64,000 bases of DNA, taken from the NCBI RefSeq assembly GCF_006345805.1, contig NC_043015.1, forward strand, positions 16,306,001-16,370,000, written 5' to 3'. The DNA comes from Octopus sinensis (Eukaryota). Of this stretch, positions 1 through 64,000 are shown one piece after another. Within the stretch, counting starts at the first letter, position 1; every line of letters starts with the position of its first letter. The notes under the pieces were generated by a model, which did no database searches, was not told the origin of the DNA, and was given only the letters and a program-made list of their open reading frames with translations. Position numbers and translations under genes: made by a program.

Positions 1-930
1 AGGGCAGCCTGTCTTAAATTTCTCTGTTATTGCCTGGAGGACTATGATGAACAAGAAGGAGCAGAGGACTTGTACCCTGAATTCTTCGCTATACCAGTTA
101 CCTACCCTCACCTTACTGACAACATCCTTGTACATGGTTTGTACAGCTCTTACCAACCACTTGCCTATCCCTAGTTTCTGCCCACATTGACTGCCAGATA
201 TGGGATCGGCGGAGCCTGTCTGAAGCTTTCTCCATGTCAACAAAAGCCAAGTACAGAGGTTTATCTTTGGCTATGTATTTCTCTTGCAGCCTTACCAGAA
301 ATATAGCATCAGTGGTACTTCTCCTTAGCACAAGACCAAACTGCATCTCATCTAGACTAACTCTCTCTCTGACCCTCTCCGTGACTTTCATTACCTGATC
401 CAACAATTTGATATCTCTGTATTTCTTTCTATCTAAAGTATCACCTTTGCCTTTGTAGCAGTTGACTATGGTGCTGCTACACCAGTCATTGGGTATGACT
501 CCTTCGTGTACCATCTAGTTAACTATACAGGTGTCTAGACCATAACCTACACCTCAGCAGTGATTCCTGATGGGCCAAGGGCTTTTCCTGTCTTCATATC
601 CTTAATTGCTTTATCTACCAAGCTACTGTCAATTCAGATAGCTGGTCACTCAGTTGGACCAGCATTTGGCAGACTCTCTTTCTTCCATTCATTCTCTACA
701 TTTAGCAGCCTTTCATAATGGTGTTTCCAAGCCTCTTTCTTTGCAGAATCATTAAATGCAAGTGAACAATCATCCATGCAGACACATTTCTCTCTTATGA
801 CATCACAATTTTCTCTCACATATTGTCTTGCAATCCAAAACACTTCAAGTCTCTGGTTCTCATGTCACAGAACATTGGCAAACATCTTTTCTGTTACTTC
901 CCCGTCTAAATATACCTGCCTCCTGGCTAT
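1..930 (-). mobile_element. RTE-clade LINE ORF2 remnant (reverse transcriptase region)
   Basis: IPNDW..STIVNCYKGKGD..YRDIKLL..MKVTER..QFG..STTDAIF..LQEKY..LYLAFVDMEKA.DR, broken by frameshifts. Confidence 0.9.
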
Positions 931-1730
931 CTGATATGATTCCCTATATAATGTGTGTGTGTAAATGACCAATTATTTTGGTTGCTTTATGTGCCTGATG
1001 AAGAAGGACTGGGCTGAGTGGCAAGACATACATAAAATGAAGATGACCTACCATGAGTTTGTGAATGTATAAAACATTGTTATATAACTATGACAATTCA
1101 ATGAAAAATATGTTAACAACTGCAACTGTTAATGCTATAACCATTACGTTATAATTTGCAGTAATTTCCTTTTTACATAAATCAATGAAACTTCCCCTAA
1201 AGTGAAATAAAAATTCACTTCCTAAAACTTATATATGATTCAAAATTTCCTACCACCTGATTAAAAAAACCACCACAAAGTTTGCTTACTGATACTCTTT
1301 CATTACAGCTGTAAGAATGGAACCTATGAAGAGAAACTAATCAAGTGAATCAGCATAAAAATATTTTAGAAATGTTGGTTTCTTACATAGACAAAGGATT
1401 AATCTTTGTAAGAGTATATACACATATGAATTTAAATCCAGTATATTACTGGTACATATTTTATCCATGCAAAAGGGATGAAAACTGAAGAGAATGCTAA
1501 GAATACAATTACATTCTGTGATACATTTCTGAGCCATCTCAGAAATAATAAAGGAAAATCATTGAAATATAAATTCTACCTCTTCAGGAATAGCATTATT
1601 TTCATTCGCTGTTTTGACAATATGAAAAACATCATCCCAAAGTTCCCAGGTATTCAGATCATGGCAACTGTGGAGAAGAAAAATCCAACTTTTAGAATAA
1701 AAATAAATTAACAGGAATACACACATATAT

Positions 1731-1958
1731 AAGAGAATGAGATGACAAAGGAATAAATGATTATTTTATGAACTTCATTAGCTTACAGTTGTTTCTGCTA
1801 TAAGATGCAGTGGACTCAGAAGTGAGTAAAGCTCCAATGAAGCTACAAGGTGTTACTTAGGCATTCAACTGAGTCCACTGCATCTTATAACAGAAAAAGC
1901 TGTAAGCTACTGAAGTTCATAAGATAATCTTTTATAGCTTTGTCATCTTATTTTCTTA
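1731..1958. repeat. Fold-back inverted repeat, arms about 90 bp, spacer about 50 bp
   Basis: ..tataagatgcagtggactcag (ends 1819) pairs with ctgagtccactgcatcttata.. (starts 1869). Confidence 0.85.
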
Positions 1959-2468
1959 TTTCTGCTCTGTACTCAACTAACATTTCATTCTGAAGCATAT
2001 GTATATTGAGTTTATCACCAGGTCTCACAATGCCTATGCAATATATATAAATATAAAATTCATGTTATGTTTAGAAGCAATGAACATTACTGGAATTTCC
2101 AACTCGAATAGAACAAACCACTCCAAATCTTTGTTATAGCATCCTTGTGAATGGGTATATGAGGACTGGTTAGCTTATACAGGATATAGAGTCATATAAT
2201 GTAAAAAACTGAAGTCAAACCAAGTAATAATATTTTGAATGCATTTAACATGTATGTTTCAGATAATTGCGTTACGAGATGAAACTATTCTCTTATCTAC
2301 TGCACAACTATCTGAAATGCATTCAAAATATCATTTACTTGATTTGATTTCATATGTATATATATGTGTGTGTGTGTGTGGACTGGCATCCCATCCAGTT
2401 GGGGAACACATACACCATAGAAACCCGGAAACGGGGCCCATGAGCCTGACTAGGCTTTAAAAGGGCGC

Positions 2469-2506
<38 letters not shown>

Positions 2507-2829
2507 GAGGAAGATGACATAAGTATGTATATATGTAAAACAGTATAGATATTTCTTAAATTGTAATTTTGATTCTTTTTAATACCTAATTATATGCTCC
2601 ATAGAAAATTTGGAGAAAAGAAATCCATTTCTTATGAAAGATAAATATTTAAAAGAGCATGAGAAATTAGTTGTATCATTGTTAAACTTATGTAAAGACA
2701 GAAGTGCTACACAGAAACTGTTATAAAATGTGATGGTTTACTGCAAAAGAGGAGATCTGAACTGTAATTCTGAACCTGAATTGTGTTTCAATGAATCAGA
2801 ATTTCCATCATTTATATCTCATCTCATTA

Positions 2830-3840
2830 TCTTTGCCAGCTAATTCCTAGGAAGGTCATGGAGAAAGAATCCTCAAGCATGCCTTCTATCTGGTCCTGTT
2901 AGAAGTCACTGTCTCTAATTGATCCAGCTGGATCCCCAAGCGAGACCACCCAAGCTCATGGATGTTGCCCACCCTTGGGTCTCCTACTGGTTGGTTTTAC
3001 TCATAAAACCCGTCCCACGATTCTTTCCCAAGACATTCTTACTACATGGCCATAGATTCAGAGCAGTGATCGCTCAGTTAAGAGTAGCAGTGGCAATCAG
3101 GAATGATAATCCCAATTTTCAAAACGAGAGATTTCTCTAATTATAGAGGGATCTCATTAAGCCTCCCAGTAAAGTCTAAGCTGGATGTCTGACAAAGAGA
3201 TGTAGGGATATTATTGAGTCCAAGTTAACTGCTGAGCTGTGCTATTTGCCCTGGACAAAGCACAGCCGACCATATATTCACACCACAGCAGGTTTTTGAG
3301 AAGTCATGGGAGTATGATCAAGAGGTGTATGCTTGTTTTGTTGACCTTAAAAAGGCATGCGGGTGCTTCCCATGGATCTTGTGAAAGATTCTGCAGAAGT
3401 ACACGATCAATGGACAGCTTCCTGTTGCCTTTAAGTACCTATACAAATGCTCTAGGATTTGTGTTTGGATAAATAGTAATAAGTTGAACCTATTCAATGT
3501 GGGTGTTGGACTCTGCCAAGAGTGTACACTGTCACATCGTTTGACCATATCAAAGATCTTGGTTAATGTCTTTCTTATGACTGACCACAGCAACTGATTT
3601 ATCTATTCCGATCCCTACTCACCATCAGATCAACATGTCAGATGATTTGAGTAGGGCCATGTCATCTGCAAATTCCATCTGACTAATCGTATATCTGCCA
3701 GTTTTGATACCACTTCCAAGCCCTATTCAACTCATCTGACATGTTGATCTGAAGGTAAGTAGGGGTCAGAACAGATAAAGCAGAGTTGATGTGGTCAGTC
3801 ATATGAAAGGCATTAACAAAGATCTTTGATATGGTCAACC
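2830..3840. mobile_element. Scrambled RTE-type LINE fragments with an internal fold-back
   Basis: + strand VYACFVDLKKA and GVGLCQECTLS (3320-3540); - strand QMEFADDMALL in the loop of an inverted repeat at 3541-3838. Confidence 0.7.
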
Positions 3841-4964
3841 AATGTATTTTGTAAAAGCTCTAAGATACCACTGTTCCAAAGAAGGTTAGCAGTGTATTTG
3901 AAGTGAAGCCAAGAAAAAGGCGAGGTTCAGAGAGTCAGTAATCTGAAAGCAGAACCATAAGAATAGGAGTTCTCTGTGAAAGCTGCATAATCTGCATAAT
4001 TCTTCAATTTTTATGTCATCAAAACAACAACTCCTGAAAACAAGTAAGTTAAAATCATCACCCATGCAGATAATTTTACAGATTTTAGTTCTAACACAGA
4101 CTTGGTAACCAGCACATTGTTTGCAAACAGAAGATTGCAATTGTCATGAGCTAAATCAACTGTGACTTGGTTTATCTGCTTAGTTCCATCATATTAACCA
4201 GTAAGTAGATGCTCAGAAATAAACTAATCAGTATAGAAGTAAAATAATAAGTTTTTTTTTGTAATTGTATTCTGCTGCTAAATGCTTGATAATGAAAATT
4301 TTCTTAATCTAGAATATTTACAGCATCTATCTTGGTAATTAACATTGTCAGATTATATTTAGCAAACTTAAAAAGTATTGCTGGCAGAGTGAGAATTAGA
4401 AATGAGATTTGCAAGACAAGTGGGAAAATGCTGCCTTTTTTTCATCAAAAATCGAATTTATGTGTCTGTACCCAACTATAAAGAGGAAGAAGAAAAGTGT
4501 AATGAGAGAGAGAAAGATGTGAGACAGATGCTGCTATCACAGAGAGTAAAATATAGCCCCAAGTGAACTAGGTACACTGAACATACGACATACTGTATTA
4601 CCTTACTAAATGGGTAGAGCATGTGACACATTGTGTGACTAACAGACAAAAAGAAGAAAATACTATGTTATTTTGTTAAATATGAATTTATGGCATGTTG
4701 TAGCCAAAATATCCTTTGTTAAGAAACCTATTGGGGAAAAAAATAGAAAAATATGGGCCTATTGTGATAGAGAGAATATAGTGAGCTCATTAATTTAAAA
4801 TCAGAAATTGTTCTGTAGCAGATTGGTGACAAGGTCTCAGAAATTGTCAGAAAATATTGAATCACTTTCTCTAAATACATGATGGAGGACTGGTAATTTA
4901 TTGCTTTTCCTAAAAGAGAACTAAATTTAAGTTGTAAAGCAAAACAATTTATAGTTTAAATTAC

Positions 4965-63515
<58,551 letters not shown>

Positions 63516-63559
63516 CTGGAAAATTAATTTCAATACGAAAATATTTACAGTTCTATATT

Positions 63560-63810
63560 TAAGAGATGTGGAATTATGTACATTATTTATATTTGACAGA
63601 TATTTGTCCTCATCTTGTTTATTGTTAACACGTTTTGGCTGATACACCCTCCAGTCTTCATCAGGTTTTCTTGGGGAAATTTTGAACCTGGGTTCTCATT
63701 CCTAAGGTATTTTTTGATGTTGTTATTATTATTATTAAGGTCACTGCCTGGAATCGAACTAGGAATCTTGGGGTTAGTAGCCTGCGCTCTTAACCACTAC
63801 GCCATATGCC
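63560..63810 (-). mobile_element. tRNA-headed short element with hammerhead-like 3' part (copy 2)
   Basis: A box TGGCGTAGTGG, B box GTTCGATTCC; CTGATGA-agactg..cagcc-AAAA-CGT; 5' inverted duplication at about 63791-63834. Confidence 0.7.
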
Positions 63811-64000
63811 TGTGGGCATATGGTGTAGTTGTTAAATGCATTATTAATATTCATAATACTGCTTTGAAGCAAATCCCAGCATTCCTAAGTTAGTCAACTT
63901 TTATGGATATGACAAAACTGAATGCTCTTTTTATCTCTTCAGAAAATCCATACAAGACACACAACTGAGTAGTTGTAAACTATGAACTTCATAGAAACTA

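Noticed and set aside
1-4964. Next STAG exon (expected x-H-D/N-L-x-x-W, phase 2)
   Set aside because: Candidates near 1475 and 4150 gave wrong residues or stops; the exon probably lies outside the window.
63740-63810. tRNA gene candidate with A and B boxes
   Set aside because: It continues into a repeat body shared with 21940-22167 and lacks a clean acceptor stem and terminator, so I treat it as a SINE head.

Overview
AT-rich, repeat-dense eukaryotic genomic DNA. The SINE families, RTE tails and (TA)n content suggest an octopus or other coleoid cephalopod; this is inference, not a database match. The whole window lies inside one minus-strand gene encoding cohesin subunit SA (stromalin, STAG1/2 family). 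I traced 13 internal coding exons by hand between 63515 and 4965, all with GT-AG boundaries and compatible phases; the start and end of the gene lie outside the window. The main finding is a tandemly duplicated 124-nt exon (36512-36635 and 36350-36473) separated by only 38 nt. It appears to form a mutually exclusive pair encoding the conserved cohesin surface that binds regulators. The downstream intron carries a Penelope-like GIY-YIG remnant with an intact minimal hammerhead ribozyme on the sense strand, a CpG-rich cluster of promoter motifs, and kilobase (TA)nTGCA arrays. Other introns contain RTE LINEs, tRNA-SINEs (one family with a hammerhead-like tail), Gypsy, mariner, maT/Tc1, piggyBac, Merlin, hAT and Tigger-like elements, plus many fold-back inverted repeats. 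Most of the ORF track is non-coding noise. Repeat boundaries without a stated TSD are approximate.
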